Assembly (NCBI RefSeq): GCF_006345805.1
Contig: NC_043002.1
Location: forward strand, 88,660,001-88,724,000
From: Octopus sinensis
Lineage: Eukaryota
Direction: 5' to 3'
Length of the DNA stretch: 64,000 nucleotides
Both the position numbers and the translations under genes were made by a program. How positions within the stretch are numbered: position 1 is the stretch's first letter; every line of letters begins with the position of its first letter. The notes below the pieces were generated by a model that did no database searches, was not told where the DNA came from, and saw only the letters and a list, made by a program, of their open reading frames with translations. Positions 1-11,139 of the stretch are shown piece after piece.

Positions 1-179
1 GTAATGAGTATGCTGCTGCTAAGTCTGCACCAAAAAGTGTGGCACAAAACTGAGGAACAGAATGGAAAATCTTCATGAAAGACCAACGTTGCAAGAAAAA
101 AGATTAAGAAACAAATTGATGCCCTCCAGTCTGATGTAGAAACACTGTAGAACTTAAGCAATAGTCATAATATAAAACC

Positions 180-1430
180 ACTCATGAAGAGAAAGATAAT
201 GAGATAATGTGAATGAAAGTCAGAACACCAATTTGCTGAAGTGTAGCAGATTCAAAATATTTCCTGAGAATATGCACTTTCAAGTCTTTTTCAAAATTGC
301 AGCTGTCTGATGTAAAATGTTCAGCAAGTTCTGTTAAACTACTGTTATTGTGTCTAATGTCATATCTGTGTCCATTGAATCTTTTGTTCTGTTGTACAAC
401 TAACATAAACCAAGTTGTGTTTGGTGCATTCTGCTGTGCACACCATATGGGAATATCTACCTATCCCACCTTTCATATAAATCATAACGTTTCTGTTACA
501 ATTCCTGATGGAATTGATCTGACTCATATTGTTGCACAGTGAACAGGGTTTATGTCTCGTGTGGCTGTTTTTCAAGGCACAGTGTTAGTTTTCTTGGAGT
601 CAGAAGTAAAAGTTGACAGTTCTCTTATATTTTGATTCCATCTAAAGGCTACAATAGGCAGCTGAGCAAATATTTGTTTGAAATGAGGATATTTTTCCAC
701 AACATGCTGGTAACTTTCATGTAACCCTTTTGAAATTCCAGACAAATTTTGATGCCAGTTAATTACTAAAGGAATTCTGGCACATATTGTACTTTGTTTG
801 CTAAAATTATGCGTGAAAGTTTGACTTTCCTTGCTAATCTTAGCTATGTCATTTTCAATTTCCTTTAATCGTGATTCACTGTAACCACGTTTGACATAAT
901 GGCATATAAAAGCGTTTGCATGTTTCCAGTAATCCCTATATCAGTACAAATCCGTTTTATCCTCAAAAATTGAGATTTGCGATTTGACTGAATTATATGA
1001 TGTGGATGATCAGAGCAGCAGTGGAGGTAAATGTAGAATGATGTGAGCTTGCAAAATAACTCTGTCATTATTCTGCCTCCAGAAAATTTAACTTTTGTAT
1101 CCAAAAATTCAATGCTAGTTTTAGAAAAACTAGATGTAAATTTTATGTTGGATTTAAAGCCATAGTTTTTAGCATAACAGTCACAGAAATGCAAGAAGTC
1201 AATTAAGCTATCCTGTGATCCTTCCCAGATAATAAAAGGTGTTGTCAATGAACCATAACCAGAGTATTGGTTCATGACCATGTAGGGGTTTGAATGTCTT
1301 CAGTAACTGTGTGAAATTAACTGCCATGAGGGTAACCATGGTACAACCCCTTGTCTGGGGGCAAAATTTTTGTCCATACTTCATTGTGTTAGTTACTTTG
1401 TAACACTTTGTAGAAAGTCATCCAGCCACT
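180..1430 (-). mobile_element. Penelope-like element remnant: RT C-terminal half plus GIY-YIG endonuclease, frameshifted
   Basis: Minus-strand frames read GCTMVTLMAVNF..PILWLWFIDNTF (decayed GTAMG..AP and RY(I/V)DD motifs), SIEFLDTKV..TELFCK..YLHCCSDHPHH..KSQFLRIKRIC (PLE thumb), then CSLC..CTKHNLVYVSCTT and KRFNGHRYDI (GIY-YIG). Confidence 0.85.
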
Positions 1431-1534
1431 CTGAAAAACTGGTACTGAAATGTTTTTTATAAAATTATTTTAGCATTTTCTACCTTGACTTTTTTTTTCC
1501 ATATTATATCAATATATAGGTATGTATGTATAAA

Positions 1535-1950
1535 TATTCTTTTATTCTTTTACATGTGACTGCTGCTGACATGCTGGAGTACCATCTTAAAGGGTTTCAG
1601 TTAAAGAAATCAACCCCAGAACTTATTCTTTGTAGGCCTTGTACTTATTCTATCGGTCTCTTTTGCTGAACCAGCATGTTACAGGGACATAAACACACCA
1701 CCATCGGTTGTCAGGCGATGGTGGATGGACAAATACAGATACACATACATAAAGACACATATACATAAATATATACATACACACACACACATATATATAT
1801 ACGATGGGTTTCTTTCAGTTTCCACTCACAAGGCTTTGGTCGACCCAAGGCTATAGTAAAAGACACTTGCTCAAGGTGCCATGCTTTGGGACTGAACAAG
1901 AAACCATGTGGTTGAGAAGCAAGCTTCTTATCACACAGCCATGTCTGCAC
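1535..1950 (-). mobile_element. SINE family A
   Basis: Reverse-complement match to the copies at 12225 and 30705, with an internal TA/CA linker. Confidence 0.85.
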
Positions 1951-2270
<320 letters not shown>

Positions 2271-2271
2271 A

Positions 2272-2772
2272 CCATAAATCCTCAAGTATAATCCGCATTT
2301 TTTTTCCCAAAATTTAAGGGTCAAAATCCCTAGTGCGTACTATATATGAGGTTTAAAATGAAAATTATTTTCTAAGTAATGTCCGAGTCTCTATTTGCTG
2401 TCAGATGCATTTTGTGATGTCGGGCATGAAAATACCTTAAGCTGAAAGCAATGAAGTCATAAAAGAATCATCCATAACATGCAGTAAGCAACATTTATTA
2501 AATGTTATTACTGTTATTACAGTTACTTCTTTATTTTCTGCAAACAAACTACACAAAAATGTTACACGTTTGCATTATGTTATATATACAATATTAACAA
2601 AGGGTATTACCATATACATTTTTACAAACCAAGGACGTTATATAGACCTCCTTGATTCAAGTTAGAGAAAGGGTGCGTATTATACACAAGGTTTAGGCTT
2701 TTCAGATGTACAGTCCCCTAAATATTCCCTGCGTATTATACTCAAGGGAAGAGCATACTTGAGGATTTATGA
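2272..2772. mobile_element. Tc1/mariner/pogo-type MITE, about 500 bp
   Basis: 18-bp TIR CCATAAATCCTCAAGTAT / ATACTTGAGGATTTATGA (1 mismatch), TA on both sides, repeated subterminal motif TGCGTA(T/C)TATA. Confidence 0.75.
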
Positions 2773-2828
2773 TATATATATATAGATATATAACATATTT
2801 ACATGTATGGGTGTCTGTGTATGTATGT

Positions 2829-2831
<3 letters not shown>

Positions 2832-2910
<79 letters not shown>
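2832..2910. repeat. (GACA)n-(GATA)n microsatellite
   Basis: Direct reading. Confidence 0.95.
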
Positions 2911-2911
<1 letters not shown>

Positions 2912-3164
2912 TGTTTCTTTACTAGCCACACAGGGCTGCACACAGACAGAACAAATTACAAGGTAGAGCTTTTCTTTTGGGGGTATAAAAGAGGGGGTTG
3001 GTTTTCGATCAAAAGGGATCGTAAAAGGAAAGAAAGAGGACAAAAAAAGGGGAGGATTTTAAAAAAAGGGGGGGAGAGGGAAAAAAAAAGGGGGAGGAAT
3101 AGATAGATAGATAGATGTTCAATAATAATATTGGTTTCAAATTTTTTGTGCAAGACCAGCAATT

Positions 3165-3345
3165 TCGGGAGATGATATATGTCAATTGCAGCAACAACAA
3201 TGTTTCACTAGTATTTCTTTTATCAGCCATGAAAGGATAAAAGACAAAGTTGACCTTGGCAGAATTTGAACTCAGATCAGGAAAACGAAATGCCACTAAA
3301 CATTCAGCATGGCATAGTAACAATTCTGCCAGCTCACCGCTATAT
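3165..3345 (-). mobile_element. SINE family B
   Basis: GATAAAAGACAAAGTTGACCTTGGCAGAATTTGAACTCAG..TCTGCCAGCTCACCGC, shared with many copies in the window. Confidence 0.8.
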
Positions 3346-3479
3346 TTTCAATTATAACATTACAACATGAAGGCAACAGTATAAGTCGATGATATGTCAT
3401 GGTTGATGAAGAACAAGTAAGCACCATTGATCTATTTCTAAATATGCATGGAATGGTGGAAATAATATAAATGTCATGA

Positions 3480-3870
3480 CAACTATAATAATAATGGTAA
3501 TGAAAATAACAGTGGTGGTGGTTGTGGTGGTGGTGGTGGTGGTGGTGGTGGTGGTGGTAGTGGTGGCGGCGGTGGCGGCGGTGGTGGCGGTGGTTGTGGT
3601 GGTGAGAGTGGTGGCGGTGGTGAGAGTGGTAGTGGTGGTGAGAGTGGTAGTGGTGGGGAGAGTGGTGGTGGTGGTGGTGGTGGTGAGAGGGGTGGTAATC
3701 ATGACTGTGATCATGGAAATGGAGGAGGAGGAGGAGGAGGAAGAGGAAGAGGAGGAGGAGGAAGAGGAAGAGGAGGAGGAGGAAGAGGAGGGGGAGGGGG
3801 AGAAGGAGGAGGAGGAAGAGAGGAGAATCATCATAATCATGGTGATGATGATCAGAAGGAGAAGAAGAAG
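3480..3870. repeat. (GGT)n grading into (GAG/GAA)n low-complexity tract
   Basis: Direct reading. Confidence 0.9.
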
Positions 3871-4120
3871 GAGGAAAGAAATTACTTTGATTCCCCTCTT
3901 TTCTTCTGATTTATTTCTCTTTTGAAAAACTGCTTGCATCTTCTTCCAATTTGCCTCTATAAATTTGGGGGTTTCATGTTTAAAAGGAAGTCGTTGATGA
4001 CAAACTGAAAGGAAGGAAGGACCGTAATTATTATCAGAACAATCAAATGTGAGAGCAATAAAGCAGAAGACAATCCTCCAGTCAGCTGGATCTATGGCAT
4101 GAATTTCATTTCTGGTTTAA

Positions 4121-4341
4121 CCCTTTAGTGTTTGCATTATTCTGCCAAAATTAATGCTTCTTCATCCACATTGTTTTGAACTAATCATGCATTATCTTGT
4201 AGCTATGAGATTTTGATGAGGTAGCTGTTAATTTTTAAAACGATATTGTAGGGTTGGTGTGAGAGACCAGATCTGGCTAGTTTGAACATAAAACAGGCAG
4301 AATACTTTTGGCCGGATATGGCCGGTTTAAATGCTAAAGGG
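4121..4341. mobile_element. piggyBac-type MITE
   Basis: TTAA at 4117-4120 and 4342-4345, termini CCCTTTAG / CTAAAGGG, related inverted copy at 29665. Confidence 0.8.
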
Positions 4342-4444
4342 TTAAAATCATTCTACCTCACTCACATCCTCTAATATAGAATCAATAAGAGCCAGATTAC
4401 TAGTTGAAGGGTTGACAGTTCATATTGTAACAGATGCTGTCCTA

Positions 4445-4900
4445 TTCCTCATCATCATCATTTAATGTCCACTTTCCATGCTGGCATGGGTTGGACAGTT
4501 TGACAGGAGCTGGCCAGGCAGAAGGCTGCACCAGACTTCTGTGTCTGTTTTGGCAGGGTTTTTGTGACTGGATGCCCTTTCTAACACCAACCAACCTGCA
4601 GAGTGGATTGAGTGTTTTTTTACATGGCATTGGCACAGGTGAGGCCAGTTTTAGCATGGTTTTTACCACTGGATGTCCTTTCAAACACCAACCACTTTAC
4701 AGTGTGGACTGGATGCTTTTTTACATGGCACCAGTACTGGCAGGGTCACCAAGTAACGTGCAAAACAAAGGACCTTTGAGAGAGGAGGGAGAAATTGGAG
4801 GAAGTGATCTTGTGTCAGATGATGAAAGGTTAGAGTGTGACAGAGATAGAGAGGCAGAAACAGGTGCCTTGCTGTAAAGGAGGTGCATAGTTACCCAGTC
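4445..4900 (-). mobile_element. SINE family C
   Basis: CATCATCATTTAATGTCCACTTTCCATGCTGGCATGGGTTGGAC..GGATGCCCTTTCTAACACCAACC. Confidence 0.8.
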
Positions 4901-4934
4901 AGAGAGATAGAGAGAGGGAGGGAAAGAGAGAGGG

Positions 4935-5012
<78 letters not shown>
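4935..5012. repeat. (GATA)n-(GA)n microsatellite
   Basis: Direct reading. Confidence 0.95.
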
Positions 5013-5013
<1 letters not shown>

Positions 5014-5184
5014 TCAAGAATTAAAACAGAAACAGGTGTGCTGCTGTGATGGAGATACATGGTTACCTAACAAGAGCAAGAGAAAGAGAGAGGGAATGGA
5101 AGACAGCAAGAGTGCAAGAGGGAGCAGGAGAGAGAGGGTGGTGAAATGCTAGGGTATACCCACAAAGAACAGGGATCAACTTAC

Positions 5185-5236
5185 CAAATAACCTTGACCA
5201 CCCTGCAACAGCTCACTATAGTATGTAACAAGAGCA
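5185..5236 (-). CDS. Candidate 52-nt internal exon of an unidentified host gene (ALVTYYSELLQGGQGYL)
   Basis: Acceptor CTCTGCAATTTTACAG, donor TTG|GTAAGT, two open frames, non-repeat context. No homology recognised. Confidence 0.3.
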
Positions 5237-6074
5237 CTGTAAAATTGCAGAGTGATTTTGCAATCTTATAGTAGTTACCTACTTTTATAGGTATAGCAGA
5301 GGGAATTTAAAATTTCTTTTAATGGCTTGGTCAGAGGAAGATGGAGTGTTTCTAGTAATGCCTGTAACCATTTTCATGGCCTTCAAGATTGTAGAGGGAA
5401 GGAAGAAGTTATCACTAAATCAAAGACCTGGCTCAAATACTAAGACAGAATGGATTCCACTAAAAGCACCCAAGATCCAGAATTGGAAGGGTTCCTTCTA
5501 AAGGCTTTCACACAGTTTCCATCTCCTAAATTTCACCCAAAAGGCTATAGTGGACCTGAGGCTATGATATTAGCTGCTTACCAAAAATACTTTACACAGT
5601 TATAAAACACCAAATCACAAAGTCAACACTAATTGGTAAAGGAATTTTCCATTTTTTTAATTCAAGACTCCTTGTGCCTATGGAAAAATAAATTCAATAT
5701 TAAAGCAGTCAAGTCAATTTTATTTAATCTCTTTCTTCCTCTATTTTCCACTCTCTTCTCCCCTCTCTCTCCCCCTCTCTTTCTTCTCTCTTCCTTTCCC
5801 TTTCTGCTTCTCTTTCCCACTCTCATTCCCTATTCTCATCTCCTCTTTCTCTTACTCTCTCTTTCTCCTTTACTTTCCTATTTCTAATGACATGTCTATC
5901 AACTGATAAGAGAATTATTCAGCATGGATTTCCTTTAATTCATCATCCAATTGACTCTAGTATTGATAACATTAACTTAAATTCCTGACCAAACAGCTTC
6001 TTCCATATTAAATAGAATTATTACAAGACAGTGAGAGATTAACCTATATTTTACTATATATATTAATCACTTAT

Positions 6075-6710
6075 GCTCACACACACACACACACATACAC
6101 ATACACACATACATACATGCCTGTGCATATACTTACACACATACCTACATGCGCACATACACACATACACACACATCCACCTACACACACACATATACAC
6201 ACATACATACATGCCTGTGCATACACTTACACACACACCTACATGCGCACACACACACACACATACACACACATACACACACATCCACCTACACGCACAC
6301 ACATATACACACATACATACATGACTGTGCATACACTTACACACACACCTACATGCGCACACACACACACACACACATACACACACATCCACCTACACGC
6401 ACACACATATACACACATACATACATACATACATGACTGTGCATACACTTACACACACACCTACATGCGCACACACACACACATACACACACACACACAT
6501 ACACACACATCCACCTACACACACATACACATATACACACATACATACATGCCTGTGCATACACTTACACACACACCTACATGCGCACACACGCACACAC
6601 ACATACACACACATCCACCTACACACACATACACATATACACACATACATACATACATGCCTGTGCATACACTTACACACACACCTACATGCGCACATAC
6701 ACACACATTA
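6075..6710. repeat. CA-rich minisatellite, about 6 units of 95-115 bp
   Basis: Marker CATG(C/A)CTGTGCATA(C/T)ACTTAC recurs near 6116, 6210, 6320, 6432, 6548 and 6657. Confidence 0.9.
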
Positions 6711-6844
6711 TTTTCTTATGACTAAGTACAAAGAAAAGTTTTGCAGTAAAAGAGGCTTTGCTAAATGGAATCCATTAAATCTGCCCCAGTAAACTACCAG
6801 AGTCAAATTAGCCATTTTTTTTTTCTTATCGATGACCAACGAAA

Positions 6845-7190
6845 GTAGCAGATAAATCCCTTCATATCACAGATTACTGCCTTAAAAATAGAAAAACATA
6901 TAATCTTAGACATATGAAAAGATGGAACAGTCATAGCTGGAAAGCTTTGTATCATAAGTCTGCTCAATTATGGCTGATCTAGGGATTAAGATCAAACAAG
7001 CAAATTGGGGCATCAAAAAAGTTGCTCAGCTTGCTAGAAACAGTAGTTAAATTGCCTGCAAATTACATGATATTACCTTGTAGTTCCAGTCACGCCCATA
7101 AAAAACATGATCATTATGGATGGGATGGCTTTGATCATAGGTTTGCTATTGATCTGGGATAATCAATAGTAACAGCTGGGACTAAATCTT
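6845..7190 (+). mobile_element. Two diverged tandem copies of repeat family E
   Basis: Motifs GCTTTG(T)ATCATA(A/G)GT(C/T)TGCT..GATCT(A/G)GG recur at 14490-14575 (minus), 33570-33745 and 37000-37200 (minus). Confidence 0.5.
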
Positions 7191-7480
7191 AGCAACATTA
7201 TAAGGGTAAAATGCTAAGCTCAGCTCAGTTGTGTGTGTATGGTGTGGGAGTATGGCTGTTTAAGAAAAAAGTTTTTTTTAAATTTCTTGATCTAGTCATA
7301 ATATTTGAAACAAAGTTTCTTAAATTGATAATTACATAAAAAAGTCTTTAAAAGAGTGGATAAACACAGATTAACATATGCATTTGAAAATCTGAAAACA
7401 GTAGAAAGTACTTACACAGAAACCTTCTTCCACCAGGTGTGTGTTTATCTATTTTAATCAATATCCAGGGACACACTACC

Positions 7481-7524
7481 CTGGACTGATGACGGGCAAT
7501 ACCCAGAAACATGCATGTTGCTAG
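7481..7524 (+). ncRNA. Type I hammerhead ribozyme candidate
   Basis: CTGATGA 7486-7492, stem II GGG/CCC, GAAAC 7506-7510, palindromic stem III AACATGCATGTT, GUU site, stem I CTGG/CTAG with a G.A mismatch next to the core. Confidence 0.65.
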
Positions 7525-7789
7525 TCCTAGCTGGCGGGGGTGCTTGCCTCCCCTTTGCAAATATAAGGACACAGGAAATGTGTCAAAGCCGACAGGAAGC
7601 GTCGATGCTTCCTTGGGCTATATAGCGGTGGTGTAATTCCCTCTACGAGACTGTCACGTTATGTTGACTTTATACAACCACTCTATCGCTCCATCACCGC
7701 TCATGTCTCGTTGAGACATTTAGAAATTCAATATTTCTAATCAACATCTTATAATTTAACAAAGATATTTTTCATATAATGTAACTTTT

Positions 7790-7850
7790 ATCTTTTATTT
7801 GTTTCAGTCATCGGACTGCAACCATTGGACATGTAAACAAATCAACCCCA
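7790..7850 (-). mobile_element. SINE family A tail, split from its continuation at 8771
   Basis: TTGTTTCAGTCAT..AAATCAACCCCA; the sequence resumes after a second AAATCAACCCCA at 8771. Confidence 0.7.
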
Positions 7851-7865
7851 GTTCTATATTTAAGA

Positions 7866-8099
7866 ATTCTGTGGAGTGGGTGGAATTCTTCACATATGAT
7901 GTTGACTTTCCTGCTAATGGACTGATTATATACACAAGGAAGCAGCTCAGTGGATGATATGCTGAACCTCTACAGCTCACTATAGGTCTTAATGGAATAC
8001 CCTCCTTGTGAATCTTAAGAAGACTGTACATGTGTGGTAGTTTATTGTAGTGTTGAGTCAATAGTCTGTACTTCATTGATGTAAAGTGATCCTTGTTCT

Positions 8100-8100
<1 letters not shown>
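7866..8100 (-). mobile_element. Penelope-like RT N-terminal fragment
   Basis: KLPHMYSLLKIHKEGIPLRPIVSCRGSAYHPLSCFLVYIISPLAGKSTSYVKNS matches the PLE motif YGLPKIHK..P.RPIVS..GS. Confidence 0.85.

Positions 8101-8157
<57 letters not shown>
8101..8157. repeat. (AAT)n
   Basis: Direct reading. Confidence 0.95.
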
Positions 8158-8160
<3 letters not shown>

Positions 8161-8537
8161 TAAAAAATGCTTTGTAATTGATGTATCAATACCGGCAGAT
8201 GACAACATGTCTCTAAAAGAAATGGAGAAACTTTCAAAATACAAAGACCTGGAAATAGAGGTAACCAGAATGTGGAATCTAAAAACAGAAACAATTCCTA
8301 TCATAGTAGGTGCATTAGGCATGATAAAAAAATATTCAGACAAATACATAACAAAAACACCAGGACTTACAAACACATATAACATACAGAAAATTGCACT
8401 ACTAGGCACTGCACACATCCTATGCAGAACACTTTCCATACAATAACCATCAGAGCATCACAACAAATCACAGCACATACCCAAGGCACACAGAGCTGCG
8501 CTCGGTAGTGAAGTGAAAGCATGCTAAAAAAATAAAA

Positions 8538-8540
<3 letters not shown>
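8158..8540 (+). mobile_element. 5'-truncated RLE-type non-LTR retrotransposon (R4/Dong-like): endonuclease C-terminus and 3' UTR
   Basis: DKKCFVIDVSIPADDN..KEMEKLSKYKDLEIEVTRMWNLKTETIPIIVGALG..QKIALLGTAHIL, stop at 8444-8446, (AAT)n on both sides. Confidence 0.85.
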
Positions 8541-8596
<56 letters not shown>

Positions 8597-8615
8597 TAAT
8601 AATAATAATAATAAC
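8541..8615. repeat. (AAT)n
   Basis: Direct reading. Confidence 0.95.
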
Positions 8616-8770
8616 AACAACATTGAAAATACCTTAGGAATGAGAACCCAGGTTCGAAATTTCCCCAAGACACCTGATGAAGGCTGGAGGGTATATCAGC
8701 CAAAACGTTGTGTTAACAACAAACAAGATGAGGACAAATATCCGTAAAATGTAAATAATGTAAATAATGT
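8616..8770 (+). mobile_element. Probable Penelope-like pseudo-LTR terminus
   Basis: Carries a minimal hammerhead motif, ends in (ATGTAAATA) repeats, and abuts the duplicated 12-mer. Confidence 0.6.
8669..8714 (+). ncRNA. Minimal type I hammerhead with a G12-to-A core mutation
   Basis: Stem I GACAC/GTGTT, CTGATGA 8674-8680, stem II GGCTG/CAGCC, AAAAC in place of GAAAC, palindrome AACGTT. Confidence 0.7.
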
Positions 8771-8975
8771 AAATCAACCCCATTACTTATTTTTTTCAAA
8801 GCCTGGTACTTATTCTATCGAACTCTTTTGCCAAACTGCTAAGTTATAGAGGATGTAAACAACAAGCACTAGTTGTCAAGCAGTGACAGGGTACAAACAC
8901 AAACACAGAGACACATACACAGAAAGATGTATACACATATACATACATATATGCACAACAGGCTTCTTTGAGTTT
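8771..8975 (-). mobile_element. SINE family A middle part (continuation of 7790-7850)
   Basis: CTGGTACTTATTCTATCG..CTGCTAAGTTA..GTTGTCAAGC..ACAAACACA. Confidence 0.75.
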
Positions 8976-8989
8976 CCATTATCTATGTA

Positions 8990-9200
8990 TGTAAGGTGGC
9001 AAGCTAGCAGAATTGTTACACACCAAACAAAATACAACATTTTATCCATCTTTACATTCTGAGTTCAAATTCTGCCAAGGTCAACTTTAACTTTCATTCT
9101 TTCAGGGTCAGTGAAATAAATACCAGTTGAGCACTGGAGTTGATGTAATCGACTTGCCCCATCCTGGAAAATTTAAGGCCTTGGATCTATAACAGAAATG
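8990..9200 (+). mobile_element. SINE family B
   Basis: AGCTAGCAGAA..GAGTTCAAATTC..GGGTCAGTGAAATAAATACCAG. Confidence 0.8.
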
Positions 9201-9212
9201 TTTATTACATAT

Positions 9213-9260
<48 letters not shown>

Positions 9261-9277
9261 TATATAAAGAATATATA

Positions 9278-9390
9278 CAGGGTGTCCCAAAAGTCACTGA
9301 GGGGATTCAGTTTTTAATAACTTCCTTAACTTTACAAATAAATGCAGGAAACTTTGATACAATATAAAGGGCATAATTGAAATTGATATG
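9278..9390 (+). mobile_element. Tc1/mariner-type transposon end, truncated
   Basis: TA followed by CAGGGTGTCCCAAAA; no partner TIR found. Confidence 0.45.
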
Positions 9391-9394
9391 CACA

Positions 9395-9765
9395 AGTCAT
9401 GGTTCCAGGTTCAGTCCCACTACGTGGCACCTTGGGCAAGCGTCTTCTACTATAGCCTCAGGCCGACCAAAGCCTTGTGAGTGGATTTGGTAGACGGAAA
9501 CTGAAAGAAGCCTGTCGTATATATGTATTTATATATGTGTGTGTGTGTATATGTTTGTGTGCCTGTGTTTGTACCCCAACATCACCGATGCTGGTGTGTT
9601 TACGTCCCTGTAACTTACCAGCTCGGCAAAAGAGACTGATAGAATAAATACTAGGCTTCCAAAGAATAAGTCCTGGGGTTGATTTGCTCGACTAAAGGCG
9701 GTGCTCCAGCATGGCCACAGTCAAATGACTGAAACAAGTAAAAGAGTAAAAGAGTAAAGAGTAAG
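9395..9765 (+). mobile_element. SINE family A, 5'-truncated
   Basis: Family consensus from the B-box region to the GTAAAAGA tail. Confidence 0.85.
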
Positions 9766-9867
9766 TCAAATTTTGCAACACCACTACATCACATATGCAA
9801 AAAAAACATCACTTAAATGGCAGCCATTTTCAGCTTCGCACACCTGTGCTTTTTCTAAGTTATAGTA

Positions 9868-10183
9868 ATTAGATAAAGATAGTTATGGCCAGTCTATGGG
9901 GTTACCCAGGGTTTTGCATCCATAAAATCACTTAGCTTTACATATGTCTTGTCAGACCATAATGGCCGGTGGCCTATAACCTCTCTTTAAAGTGGAGGAA
10001 GAAAAGATCTTGTGGCTAGTTTGTCCATGTGTTCAACAACTAATCATGAGGTCTTTTCTTCCTTCACTTTAAAGAGAGGTTACAGGGTGCCAGCCATTAG
10101 GGTCTGAAGAGATGATGTAAAGCTAAGAACTTAATGAAACCCATGGCAACCCCATAACCTAGGCATAACTATATTTATCTAAT
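9868..10183. mobile_element. Fold-back (hairpin) MITE-like element
   Basis: Arms of about 145 bp are diverged inverted copies, e.g. TAACCTCTCTTTAAAGTG / CACTTTAAAGAGAGGTTA and CTTAGCTTTACAT / ATGTAAAGCTAAG. Confidence 0.75.
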
Positions 10184-11139
10184 GTGTGTGTGAGAGAGAG
10201 AGAGAACTGATACTCATACCTACATATGTATGTATGTACATATATTGTTCTTTAACACTTTAATGCATTACAGAAGACTTTATAGTGATATGTTCAATTA
10301 CTGAATGGTTTACAATAGCAAGCTCTTGACTTAATGGTTTATGAGATTATATCTCACCACAGCTGCTGCGTAGTCCTGGCGTATATCACTTTAGCCTAAT
10401 TAACTAAAGTGTCAGATACAAAATGATTGCTTTTGGGTTATAATATTTCTAGAATCATATTATTAGATAAATACTAATAATTTCAACTTGCTAGAGAATG
10501 AGGTTTAAGCTCTTCTTAAATACACTTTGGTTCTCTACAGAAAAATTAATGAGGAATTTTAGAATGAAAGTTTTTCTAAAAAAGCTTTAATTTTCCAAAG
10601 GTATAAGGTATGTTTTCTACAATAGATTATGAATTCCACCATCCTGGAGGTCAATGAGCCAATATCTTATTCGTTCACTCAATTTTATTGAACTCAATAA
10701 AAATCATGCTTTAATGTACCAGATGATATAAGTAGCAGGTATTGAATTTAAGGAGTAGGCATTCAGATAGAGGTCAAATCTTGTCAATGCTTGGATAAGA
10801 ATAGTCATCATTCATCATCATCATTCTAACCACCACTTTCTCATATTTGCATGGGTTGGGTAGAATTTTGTTGAGGCAAATTTTCTACAGCCAAATGCTC
10901 TTCCAATCACCAGCTGTCACCTGATTCCAAGTAATAATGATATTTCCCTATTATCAGACATGTTTACACAGAAGATTTGGAACAAAGGATACTGCTTGCA
11001 TGATAGTGACATTCATTTTACAATTATCATGTGTGTGAAGGTACGATAGCAATACATAAACACAGACATAGAACACATGTACACACACATATATATACAT
11101 ACATGAACACATGCATATATATGTGTGTATGTGTATATA

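Noticed and set aside
10104-10145. CTGAAGA..GAAAC as a hammerhead
   Set aside because: No stems II, III or I form; it lies within the fold-back element arm.
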